This document shows, piece by piece, positions 11,072-19,800 of a DNA stretch of 64,000 nucleotides (positions within the stretch are counted from its first letter, which is position 1; each line of letters starts with the position of its first letter). A program made the position numbers and the translations under genes. Source of the stretch: Bacteroidia bacterium. GTDB lineage: Bacteria; Bacteroidota; Bacteroidia; JANWJV01. Below the pieces are notes generated by a model. That model had not been told where the DNA came from. It saw nothing but the letters and a program-made list of their open reading frames with translations, and ran no database searches. Location: assembly GCA_025451785.1 (NCBI GenBank), contig JANWJV010000001.1, positions 1,136 to 65,135 on the forward strand, given 5' to 3'.

Positions 11072-11404
11072 CTAGTTTTGTTCAGGCTCTATGGAAGGCT
11101 TGCGGTAATAAATCTTGTTTTCGAGGTACTCCTGCACAGCGATGAGCGTGGGCTTGGGAAGACGCTCATAGAACTTAGAGATCTCGATCTGCTCCCTGTT
11201 CTCGAAGATCTCTTCGAGATTATCAGTATGCGAAGCGAACTCAGCGAGCTTGTTGGTAAGCTCCTCTTTGATCTCTACGCTGATCTGGTTTGCCCTCTTG
11301 GAGATGATGGCCAGGGTCTCGTAAATATTACCTGTTTTGTTCTCGAGGTCGCGGAGGTCACGTGTAGTGGTGGTGGTCTCTGCATTCGTCTTTTTGTAGT
11401 CCAT
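11072..11404 (-). CDS. rpoZ: DNA-directed RNA polymerase subunit omega (Bacteroidetes-type)
   Basis: 110 aa. The motif NIYETLAIISKRANQI matches the RpoZ helix. It sits between bamD and coaBC, as is usual in this phylum. Confidence 0.7.
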   Translation of the reverse strand: MDYKKTNAETTTTTRDLRDLENKTGNIYETLAIISKRANQISVEIKEELTNKLAEFASHTDNLEEIFENREQIEISKFYERLPKPTLIAVQEYLENKIYYRKPSIEPEQN

Positions 11405-11409
11405 GTCTC

Positions 11410-12228
11410 CTATAGTTGAGGTTTGCTGATCTTTTCTTTTAATTTTTTAGAGCTGTCGTAAATTGTTTCAGCTTCTTTAAGGTATTCGCTTTTTGGAAAA
11501 TTGTCTACAAATTTAATATAAGTTTCGATAGCCAGGTCAAGCCTTTCCGCTTTTTTTGTCTCTATACTGTTTTTCGCCAGCAGGTAATACGATTTTATAG
11601 TGAGAAAGCTCATCTCTTCGGAGTATTTGGTGCCCGGAAAATCCTTAATTACATTGGTAAAAGCCACCACTGAGGCTTTATAATCTCCCACGTAATAATA
11701 CTGTTTGGCGATCTCATACGATTTGCGCTCCAGCTTTGCCCTCAGTTTATCAAGGATATCGTTGCATTCGGGGATCCTCGAGCTGTTAGGGTACTGATTA
11801 ACGAATATCTGCAGTTCTTTAACAGCCGCCCGCGTATCCTCCTGGTCGAGGCTGTAAGAGGAAGAGCTCAGGTAATAGCAATAGGCGTTCATATAGGCAC
11901 ACTCTTCGGCACGCGTGCTGGTGGGAAATGTGCGGGCGAAGTTCTTGAAGTGGTAGCCGGCAAGTACGTAGTCGCCCATCTCGAAATTGGCATAGGCGTA
12001 ATAAAACAAGATGTTTTCTGCTTTATCGGTGCCCCGGTACAGAGGTATGAGCTCTTCAAGCAGGGTAACGGTACGTACATAGTCCCCTTTTTCGTAGTAT
12101 TTAATGGCCATGGTATATTTCTTCTCCAGGTCGGTGCTCTTAAGCAACTTGTTGTATTCGCTGCAGGATCCCAACAGGATAAGCAGACAAATGGAGGCTA
12201 AAAAGGCGTAAAAAGAGGGTTTTTTCAT
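11410..12228 (-). CDS. bamD: Outer membrane protein assembly factor BamD (TPR lipoprotein)
   Basis: The likely start is the internal Met (MKKPSFYAFLASICLLILLGSCS), which gives a lipobox. The ORF-track version has a 26-aa N-terminal extension up to 12306. The body is TPR-like repeats, as in BamD/YfiO. Confidence 0.8.
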   Translation of the reverse strand: MKKPSFYAFLASICLLILLGSCSEYNKLLKSTDLEKKYTMAIKYYEKGDYVRTVTLLEELIPLYRGTDKAENILFYYAYANFEMGDYVLAGYHFKNFARTFPTSTRAEECAYMNAYCYYLSSSSYSLDQEDTRAAVKELQIFVNQYPNSSRIPECNDILDKLRAKLERKSYEIAKQYYYVGDYKASVVAFTNVIKDFPGTKYSEEMSFLTIKSYYLLAKNSIETKKAERLDLAIETYIKFVDNFPKSEYLKEAETIYDSSKKLKEKISKPQL

Positions 12229-12397
12229 ACCGAAGGCCGCAAAGATACGTATATTTAAATGGTTTATTTTACAGGTATGACGGTTAAATACCCCGAAAAG
12301 ACACAAAAAATAAATTATTCACAGGCTGTTAATATCTAAATTGCACAAAACGCTCAAATTTCCTAAATTTGCCCATTATTTTTACAAAACGCTGAAA

Positions 12398-13642
12398 ATG
12401 AAGGACCTTTTTGACAAGATAAAAGCCAACCGCGGGCCCATCGGCCAGCATGCCAAAGAGTCGCACGGTTACTTTACCTTTCCTAAGCTGGAAGGCGATA
12501 TTGGCCCCCACATGGTTTTTCGCGGAAAAAAACGCCTTAACTGGAGCCTCAATAATTACCTGGGTCTTGCTGACCATCCCGAAGTGCGTAAGGCCGATGC
12601 GGATGGCGCCAAGGAATTTGGACTGGCATTGCCCATGGGTGCCCGCATGATGAGTGGCAACTCAAACAATCACGAGAAACTGGAGGCCGAGCTTTCTGCT
12701 TATGTTGAGAAACAAGATACCATTCTTTGCAATTACGGTTACCAGGCCATGGTTTCGGCCATCGATTGTTTGGTTGACCGACACGATGTGATCGTTTATG
12801 ATGGAGAGTCGCATGCCTGTATCCTTGACGGGGTGCGCCTGCACATGGGCAAACGTTATGTGTATAAGCACAATGATATTGCTGATTGCGAAAAGCAATT
12901 GCAGCGTGCCGCCAAGCTCATCGAAGGCACTAACGGCTCTATCCTGGTGATCACCGAAGGTGTTTTCGGGATGCGCGGAGATCAGGGAAGGCTGAAGGAG
13001 ATCGTTGCGCTCAAGAAAAAATATTCGTTCCGCCTGTTTGTTGATGATGCTCACGGCATAGGAACAATGGGCAAAAAAGGCGGCGGCACAGGCCAGGAGC
13101 AAGGCTGCCAGGACGGCATCGATATTTACTTCGGCACTTTTGCTAAATCATTTGCGCTCATAGGAGGTTTTATTTCGAGTGAAGAGCAGATCGTGGAATA
13201 CCTCCGTTACAATATGCGCTCACAGATATTCGCCAAATCGCTTCCCATGCCGCTGGTTGTTGGAGCGCTCAAGCGCCTTGAGCTTATGCGTAATCACCCT
13301 GAACTTCGTGAGAAACTTTGGGACATTACCCGCGCCCTTCAGAGCGGACTCAAAAAAGCGGGTTTCGACATTGGTGTGACCGATTCACCGGTAACACCCG
13401 TGTATATGAATGGCTCCATTCCCGAGGCCACCAATCTTATCTTCGACCTTAGGGAGAACTTCAATATCTTCTGCTCGATGGTGGTGTATCCCGTAGTGCC
13501 CAAGGGAATGATCATCCTGCGCCTCATCCCTACCGCGGTGCATACGCTGGAGGATGTGAACTATACGATCGAGGCGTTCTCTAAGATCGTAGGAAAACTT
13601 AAATCAGGACAATACATGGCCGATAAGATCGCCGCGACTTAA
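12398..13642 (+). CDS. PLP-dependent alpha-oxoamine synthase family acyltransferase (serine palmitoyltransferase / cysteate-fatty-acyltransferase-like)
   Basis: Class-II aminotransferase fold. The PLP-lysine motif GTFAKSFALIGGF resembles Spt (GTFTKS) more than BioF or Kbl. The start is taken at the internal Met MKDLFDKIK (12398); the ORF-track start is 12341. Confidence 0.75.
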   Translation: MKDLFDKIKANRGPIGQHAKESHGYFTFPKLEGDIGPHMVFRGKKRLNWSLNNYLGLADHPEVRKADADGAKEFGLALPMGARMMSGNSNNHEKLEAELSAYVEKQDTILCNYGYQAMVSAIDCLVDRHDVIVYDGESHACILDGVRLHMGKRYVYKHNDIADCEKQLQRAAKLIEGTNGSILVITEGVFGMRGDQGRLKEIVALKKKYSFRLFVDDAHGIGTMGKKGGGTGQEQGCQDGIDIYFGTFAKSFALIGGFISSEEQIVEYLRYNMRSQIFAKSLPMPLVVGALKRLELMRNHPELREKLWDITRALQSGLKKAGFDIGVTDSPVTPVYMNGSIPEATNLIFDLRENFNIFCSMVVYPVVPKGMIILRLIPTAVHTLEDVNYTIEAFSKIVGKLKSGQYMADKIAAT

Positions 13643-13683
13643 AATAAATAGAAATAACAAATAATAACCAAAAACAAGTAAAC

Positions 13684-13857
13684 ATGAAACAGTACGAAGA
13701 CATGAAGAACCTGGTAGCAGCCATGGAAGCCGATGTGATTAAATTCAACAATGGCAATGCAGCTGCAGGTACGAGGGTTAGGAAAGCCCTCCAGGAAATA
13801 AAAAGGGCTGCTCAAGCCATGAGGGTGGAGATCCAGAAAGTTAAGAAGTCTGACTAG
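13684..13857 (+). CDS. Histone H1-like small basic DNA-binding protein (57 aa; absent from the ORF track because it is under 60 aa)
   Basis: Translation: MKQYEDMKNLVAAMEADVIKFNNGNAAAGTRVRKALQEIKRAAQAMRVEIQKVKKSD. The GNxAAGTR(A/V)RKA core is characteristic of Bacteroidetes histone-H1-like proteins. A terminator follows directly. Confidence 0.65.
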   Translation: MKQYEDMKNLVAAMEADVIKFNNGNAAAGTRVRKALQEIKRAAQAMRVEIQKVKKSD

Positions 13858-13887
13858 TAGCAAACTCATGTGATCCATACCGAAAGT

Positions 13888-13925
13888 CCCGCCTGTGCTC
13901 TGCATGGGCGGGATTTTCTATTTTT
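13888..13925 (+). terminator. Rho-independent terminator after the histone-like gene
   Basis: Hairpin cccgcc-tgtgctctgcat-ggcggg followed by attttctattttt. It lies inside the 5' end of the track ORF 13895..15892, which argues for a later start for that gene. Confidence 0.55.
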
Positions 13926-13933
13926 ACATTCCA

Positions 13934-15892
13934 TTGAAAAAGCATCTTCTAATTTCCTTCCTCCTTTTGCTGTGTATCTGCGGCCCTGTACGGGCTACGG
14001 TTGATCCACTCTTTCAGCATCGTATGGATTCCCTTAAGAAGCTTCTTCCTGGTATGCAGGAGGATACGGTTCTTATTTATGTGCTTAACGAGCTTGGAAG
14101 GGAGTTGGTAGTACCGATGCCTGAGGAGGCCATCGAGTACGCGCGGAAGGCGCTTGCCCTGTCTACTGAGATGGAGCACATCCGGGGGATCGCAAGGGCT
14201 GAAAATATAATTGGCTGTTATTACGATGACAAGAACAATTACGCGGAGGCGCTTACACATTACTTCAAAAGCCTTGATGCCTGTGAGAAGAGCGGATGGA
14301 AGTTCATGGAGGCGAATACCCTTAACTATATAGGCATCGTTTACCTTGTAAGGGAAAATCATAAGGATGCGCGTAAGTTCCTTGAAAGAGCGAGGGATAT
14401 CGCGGAGGAAAGAAAGGACAAGTCACGCCTTGCCAGTATCCTTAACAACCTGGGGGTGGTGTATAAGGACCTTGGCGAGCTTGACAAGGCCATGGAATGT
14501 TATAAGAGGCAGCTCCAGGTGTTCGAAGAGCTTGGCCACAAGAAAGGCATTGGCTCGGTGTACATCAATATGGGTGTGGTGCACGACAAAAAAGGCGAGA
14601 ACGAGATCGCGATCGATTATAATTTTAAGGCCCTGGAAGTATTCCATGAGATCAACGATAATCTTGGGCTGGGCATTGCCTACATGAACGTTGCTGATAG
14701 TTATTGGAAGCACAAAGAGCCCGCCTTGTCGATCAAGTACATGCAACTGGGGGAAAAATACCTCATCGCCGCCGGCGACAGGAACTATATACAGGAAGCG
14801 TATAAAACATTCGCGCGAGGTTACCAGGGGATCGGCGACTATCGGCAGGCCTACGACTACCAGGTGCGTTACGATTCGTTAAAGGATATCATTTTCGGTG
14901 AAGAGAGCAACCGGCAGATCAACGAGCTGGAGACAAAATATGCTACCTCTGAAAAGGAAAAGCAGATAGAGCTGCAGAAGGAGCAGTTGGAGAAGAACCG
15001 CATCGTTACCTATGCCGCCATCATTGGCTCTGTGCTGATCCTTGGTTTACTTCTTGTTATTTTCAACCGTTACAAGCTAAAGCAGCGGGCTAATTCTCTG
15101 CTGGAGGCGCAGAACAAGATCATCGCCGAAAAACAGAAAGATATTACGGACAGTATCAATTATGCCAAGCGCATACAGGACGCCATATTGCCTGCCAAAG
15201 AGATCAAGTACCAGCTATTCCCCGATGCCTTTGTTATGCTCAAGCCGCGCGACAATGTGAGTGGTGATTTTTACTGGTTTGGCGAGCAAGAGGGCAAGCG
15301 GATCATCGCGGCTGTTGATTGTACGGGCCACGGGGTTCCGGGGGCTTTCATGAGCCTTATCGGCAACACGTTCCTCAACGAGATCGTGCACGAGTGTAAC
15401 ATTACTGTTCCTTCGGAGATACTCAGCGAGTTGAGGAACAGGATCATTAAATCACTGAAGCAAACATCATCTCTTGACGCCACCCGCGATGGAATGGATA
15501 TTGCCTTGCTTTGTTTCGATGACGCGAACCAGGTGGTGGAATACGCCGGCGCCAACAACCCGCTCTGGATCATCAGGAATGGTGAGATCATAGAGTTCCA
15601 GGCCGATAAAAGACCGATAGGATATTTCCAGGGCAAAGGACTCCCGTTCACCAATAATAAAACCACTTATCAGAAAGGCGACGCACTGTATGTTTTCACT
15701 GATGGCTATGCCGACCAATTTGGAGGCCCCGAAGGAAAGAAGTTCATGCGCAAACGGTTAAAGGAACTGCTGTTGATGATCCAGGACAAGAACATGGAAC
15801 AGCAGGAACGTTTCCTTGAAAAGACCTTCAATGACTGGAAAGGAGAGAAAGAGCAGGTGGACGATGTGCTCGTGATAGGCATCAGGGCCTAG
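13934..15892 (+). CDS. TPR-repeat, single-TM, PP2C/SpoIIE-family serine phosphatase (sensor phosphatase), paralog 1
   Basis: TPR units in the N-terminal half, a coiled coil (ELETKYATSEKEKQIELQKEQLEK), a TM helix (IVTYAAIIGSVLILGLLLVIF), then a PP2C domain (DVSGDFYWF…AVDCTGHGVPGAFMS…FTDGYADQ). The start is proposed at TTG 13934, giving signal peptide (M)KKHLLISFLLLLCICGPVRA, which parallels the paralog's MKKSLLLLFSL. The ORF track starts at 13895, inside the upstream terminator. Confidence 0.75.
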   Translation: MKKHLLISFLLLLCICGPVRATVDPLFQHRMDSLKKLLPGMQEDTVLIYVLNELGRELVVPMPEEAIEYARKALALSTEMEHIRGIARAENIIGCYYDDKNNYAEALTHYFKSLDACEKSGWKFMEANTLNYIGIVYLVRENHKDARKFLERARDIAEERKDKSRLASILNNLGVVYKDLGELDKAMECYKRQLQVFEELGHKKGIGSVYINMGVVHDKKGENEIAIDYNFKALEVFHEINDNLGLGIAYMNVADSYWKHKEPALSIKYMQLGEKYLIAAGDRNYIQEAYKTFARGYQGIGDYRQAYDYQVRYDSLKDIIFGEESNRQINELETKYATSEKEKQIELQKEQLEKNRIVTYAAIIGSVLILGLLLVIFNRYKLKQRANSLLEAQNKIIAEKQKDITDSINYAKRIQDAILPAKEIKYQLFPDAFVMLKPRDNVSGDFYWFGEQEGKRIIAAVDCTGHGVPGAFMSLIGNTFLNEIVHECNITVPSEILSELRNRIIKSLKQTSSLDATRDGMDIALLCFDDANQVVEYAGANNPLWIIRNGEIIEFQADKRPIGYFQGKGLPFTNNKTTYQKGDALYVFTDGYADQFGGPEGKKFMRKRLKELLLMIQDKNMEQQERFLEKTFNDWKGEKEQVDDVLVIGIRA

Positions 15893-16856
15893 TTAGCTCC
15901 GTGAAGCGCATCAGCTGATCTTTGCTGAAGGTCCACTCGGGCGTTTCCAGGTCACCGGTAAATTTCGTTTTGTACCAGGGGCTTAGTGCCGCGTCGCCGG
16001 GATTTCTGAGCAGGTGTATCTCTTGCGCGGGCATATAGCTTTGCTGAATGAGGAAGAGCTTCTCCCCTGTCCTATCGTTCTCCGCCATGTCAACAACGAG
16101 AACCGCATGTCCCGGAGATCCTCCGAGGATGAATACGTCTCCTGGCTGCATTTCATCAACGCTTACTTTCTTTAATTCCTTGCTGAGCGAAAGTGTACCT
16201 GCATAGGTAAAAACGATATCGAGGTATTGCCGGAAACAGGTATAGCTCTCGTCTTTGCCGGCTTTCTTTACCCAGCTTACTTTATTCCCTTTGATCACAG
16301 GCCGGTATCCATCGGTCCATTTGGTATAAGGCGCATCGTCGCCGCTGGTGAAACGGAAATGGATGTCATCGTAACGTTTTACCGAATAAAGATATTCGGC
16401 CCGCATGCGCATCACCGCGTCAGCGCATTGCTGCAGGTCGGTTTTGCCAGGATCGATGTCAACGATCGCGGCATGAGCATCCTGGTTGCCTTTTAGTTTA
16501 CCATTGTACAGGTGAACGTCAGGTTTGCCCTTGAGCAGCGGAAGGAAGCGCAGCCATTCGCCAAATGAGCCTTGCTTTACTAGCACTCGTTTGAATCCGG
16601 CGGGAACACCAATGCGGCTATGAAGGCTTTGGCTGCCATCATAGGCCTTGGTCCATGAATAGGCCAAATGCGCTGGCGCTCTTACCGAGGTGTCGGGCGG
16701 CAGTACAGCAGATCCCACTGGTTCATCGGCTTTGCTGGGGCCGCAGGAAGTTAATGCACCCATCAGTAAAGCAGTAAAAGCAAAGAGATGAAAAGAGAAA
16801 GTGAGCTTACTTGCTCTTGGTCTCCGCCTCAAAAGTGTAATCGGAGATGCTGACAT
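15882..16856 (-). CDS. Hypothetical lipoprotein (possibly DUF4846-like)
   Basis: The reading frame is long. The probable start is an internal Met giving …LFAFTALLMGALTSCGP (lipobox-like). It overlaps the 3' end of the giant repeat gene on the same strand and overlaps convergently by 11 nt with the PP2C gene. No family is confidently recognised. Confidence 0.5.
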   Translation of the reverse strand: MSASPITLLRRRPRASKLTFSFHLFAFTALLMGALTSCGPSKADEPVGSAVLPPDTSVRAPAHLAYSWTKAYDGSQSLHSRIGVPAGFKRVLVKQGSFGEWLRFLPLLKGKPDVHLYNGKLKGNQDAHAAIVDIDPGKTDLQQCADAVMRMRAEYLYSVKRYDDIHFRFTSGDDAPYTKWTDGYRPVIKGNKVSWVKKAGKDESYTCFRQYLDIVFTYAGTLSLSKELKKVSVDEMQPGDVFILGGSPGHAVLVVDMAENDRTGEKLFLIQQSYMPAQEIHLLRNPGDAALSPWYKTKFTGDLETPEWTFSKDQLMRFTELTRP

Positions 16857-19800
16857 CGTTCTTGAAATAATAGGTTCCGCCCCAGTTCCAGATCTTCTTG
16901 GTGTAAACATTGGCTTCGTTGTCTTTCACCACAATACGCCTTATCACCTTGCAGTTGGGCTCGTCCTGTGTTTCTTCAGTAACACCAGGGCCGTACTTCG
17001 CGAGAAGCGCGTTCATGAAAGCCTTTTTGCGCTCGTCTTCCGCCTTGCCGTCGGCAACAGTGGTTGCACTTCCAACTTTCTTAAGAAGTTCGTCTATCTC
17101 CTTGATCCGGTCCTTGGGGTATTTTTCGGAGGGCTTAATGGTGAGCGCATCAGAATAAGCTACCCTCGCCACCCTGTACTCCTTGTCGGCGAATAGTTTA
17201 TCAGCCTTTTCAATGGCTTCCTGGAACTTCTTGTCGTTCTCTGCTCCCCTCGCTTGCGCGTCAAGGATCTTATCGATCTCGGCGATCTTAGCCTTGGGAT
17301 ATTTTTCGTTGGGCTTAAAGTTGAGCGCTTCAGTATAAGCTGATTTCGCGCCGGCGTAATCCTTGATGCCAAAAGCCTTGTCGGCACGCGCCATGGCGTC
17401 GTTGTATTTCTGATCGGCCTCATGATCTTTGGCGTACCTGTCGAGGATCCCGTCGATCTCCTTCATCCTGTCCTTCGGATACTGTTCGTTGGGCTTATAG
17501 CTCGATGCCTCTGAATACAAAGGCCTGGCGCCTTCATAATCCTTTGCCGTAAACGCTTTGTCGGCCCTGGCAATGGCATCATTGTATTTCGCCTGCAGCT
17601 CCTTGTCCTTGGCCATATCCCCTACCAGTTTGTCGATCTCTGCGATCTTATCCTTGGGATATTTTTCATCGGGTTTAACACCAAGTGCTTCAGTGTATGT
17701 GTTCCTTGCTTTCGGGTAATCTTTCAGCGTAAAGGCCTGGTCGGCACGCGCAATGATCTCGTTGTACTTCTTCATGAGCTCATTGTTCTTCGCCATGTCC
17801 GCCAGCAGTTTCTCTATTTCCTTGAGTCTGTCCTTAGGATATTTCTCGGCAGGCTTCAGTCCTGATGCTTCGCTGTAACCGCCTTTTGCGGAAGTGTAGT
17901 CTTTCGCGTCAAAGGCCTTGTCGGCTTTTGCGATGGCGGCTTTGTAAGCGTTCTCCAGTTCTTTGCCTTTGTTCAAAGCAGCAAGAAGTTTGTCCACTTC
18001 CGCCAGTTTATCCTTCGGATATTTCTCAGCGGGCTTCAGGCCCAGCGCGTCGGTATAAGCTGTTTTGGCCGATACATAATCCTGTGTACCGAAGGCAGCA
18101 TCTCCTCTTGCAATGGCTGCATTGTATTTGTCGTTGAGCTCTTTCTCTTTGGCAAGACGGTCTTTTTCGGCCATCAGCTTCTCTATCTCCGCAAGTTTGT
18201 CCTTGGGATATTTTTCAGAGGGCTTATAACCCAGCGCTTCGTTGTAAGCAGCTTTTGCGGAAGTGTAATCTTGCGATCCGAAGCCCTTATCTCCTTTCGC
18301 GATGGCGTTCTGGTATTTTTGCTCCAGGTCTTTTGTCTTGGCAAGTTCAGCCAGCAGTCGGTCGATCTCGGCAAGTTTGTCCTTAGGGTATTTTTCGGCG
18401 GGCTTAATGCTTGCCGCTTCCGTATAACCGGCCTTTGCCATATTGTATTCCTTAGAAGCAAAAGTGGCATCGGCTTTCGCGATGGCATTCTTATAGCGTT
18501 CCTCCAGGTCCTTGTTCTTGGCAATGTCGGCAAGTATCTTGTCTATCTCGTAGATCTTGTTCTTGGGATATACTTCAGCAGGTTTTACTCCCAGCGCATC
18601 GTTGTAAGCCGTCTTGGCGTTCTCGTAATCTTTCGCGCCAAATGCCTTGTCGCCGCGGGCGATGGCGTCGTTATATTTTTGCTCTGCCTCTTTGCCTTTG
18701 GCAAGCTCAGCCAGCAGCCTGTCGCATTCAGCAATGCGGTCGGCGGGATATTTCTCTTCGGGCTTAATGCCTTGCGCCTCGGTATAAGAACCTTTGGCGC
18801 CATTGTAATCTTTCGCCTTGAAAGCAGCGTCGGCTTTGGTGATGGCAGCGAGGTAGTTCTTCTCCCTTTCTTTTCCTTTTGCCATATCACCAAGTATCTT
18901 GTCGATCTCAGCAAGTTTGTCCTTGGGATATTGTTCTCCCGGTTTCACCGCAAGCGCTTCGTTATACCCGATCTTGGCTGTGCCGTAGTCCTTCGCTGCA
19001 AAGCCTTTGTCGCCTTTGGCGATAGCGGCATTGTATCTATCCTCGAGCTGTTTGTTCTTTGCCGCGTCGGTTAAAATGCGGTCGATCTCCGCTAACTTGT
19101 CTTTGGGATATTTTTCAGCAGGCTTGAAACCGAGCGCCGCATTATAGCTTGTTTTCGCAGCAGAATAATCAGCAGCGGTGAAAGCCGCATCGGCTTTGGC
19201 AATGGCGGCGTTATATTTTTCGTTCAGCTCCTTGTCTTTGGCGTTCTTCGCCTGTTCGGCCAATAAACGGTCGATCTCAGCGATCTTATCCTTGGGATAT
19301 TTTTCGGCCGACTTGTAACCCAGCGCTTCGTTATAAGCCGCTTTGGCGGTAGTATAATCCTGCGCGCCAAAACCCTTGTCGCCCTTCTCTATCGCCTGTT
19401 TGTATTTTTCTTCCAGGTCTTTTGTTTTGGCCATGTCCGCCAGCAGCTTATCTATCTCCGCTATCTTTTGTTTGGGATAGGCTTCGGCAGGCTTAATACC
19501 CAATGCCTCATTGTAAGAACCTTTGGCGCCCTGGTAATCTTTACCAGCGAAAGCCTGGTCAGCCTTCGCGATGGCAGCGTTGTACTTTTCGTCAAGCTCT
19601 TTCTTCTTTGCCAGGTCACCCATCAGGCGGTCACACTCGGCTATCCTGTCGCGGGGATACTTCTCTTCAGGTTTGAATCCCATCGCCTCGGTGTAAAAGG
19701 TCTTGGCGGCAAGGTATTCTTTGGCCTTAAATGAATTGTCGGCCTTAACAATAGCCTCTTTGTATTTTACATCTGCCTCCTTCGCCTTCGCGATATCTCC

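Noticed and set aside
12228-12306. 26-aa N-terminal extension of bamD (MCLFGVFNRHTCKINHLNIRIFAAFG…)
   Set aside because: The internal Met gives a proper lipoprotein signal peptide (MKKPSFYAFLASICLLILLGSCS). The extension has no signal features.
13895-13933. ATG 13895 as the start of the TPR-PP2C gene (track ORF)
   Set aside because: These codons lie inside the terminator hairpin of the preceding histone-like gene. The TTG at 13934 gives a signal peptide matching the paralog's N-terminus.
18271-19074. Long plus-strand ORFs (18271..19074, 19468..19734, 16910..17158 and others) and minus-strand alternative-frame ORFs (18183..18533, 18585..18914, 20040..20333, 20489..20716) inside the giant repeat gene
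   Set aside because: They are shadow or alternative-frame ORFs created by the periodic, low-stop-codon repeat DNA. Their translations are Arg/Leu/Pro-rich nonsense without domain features.
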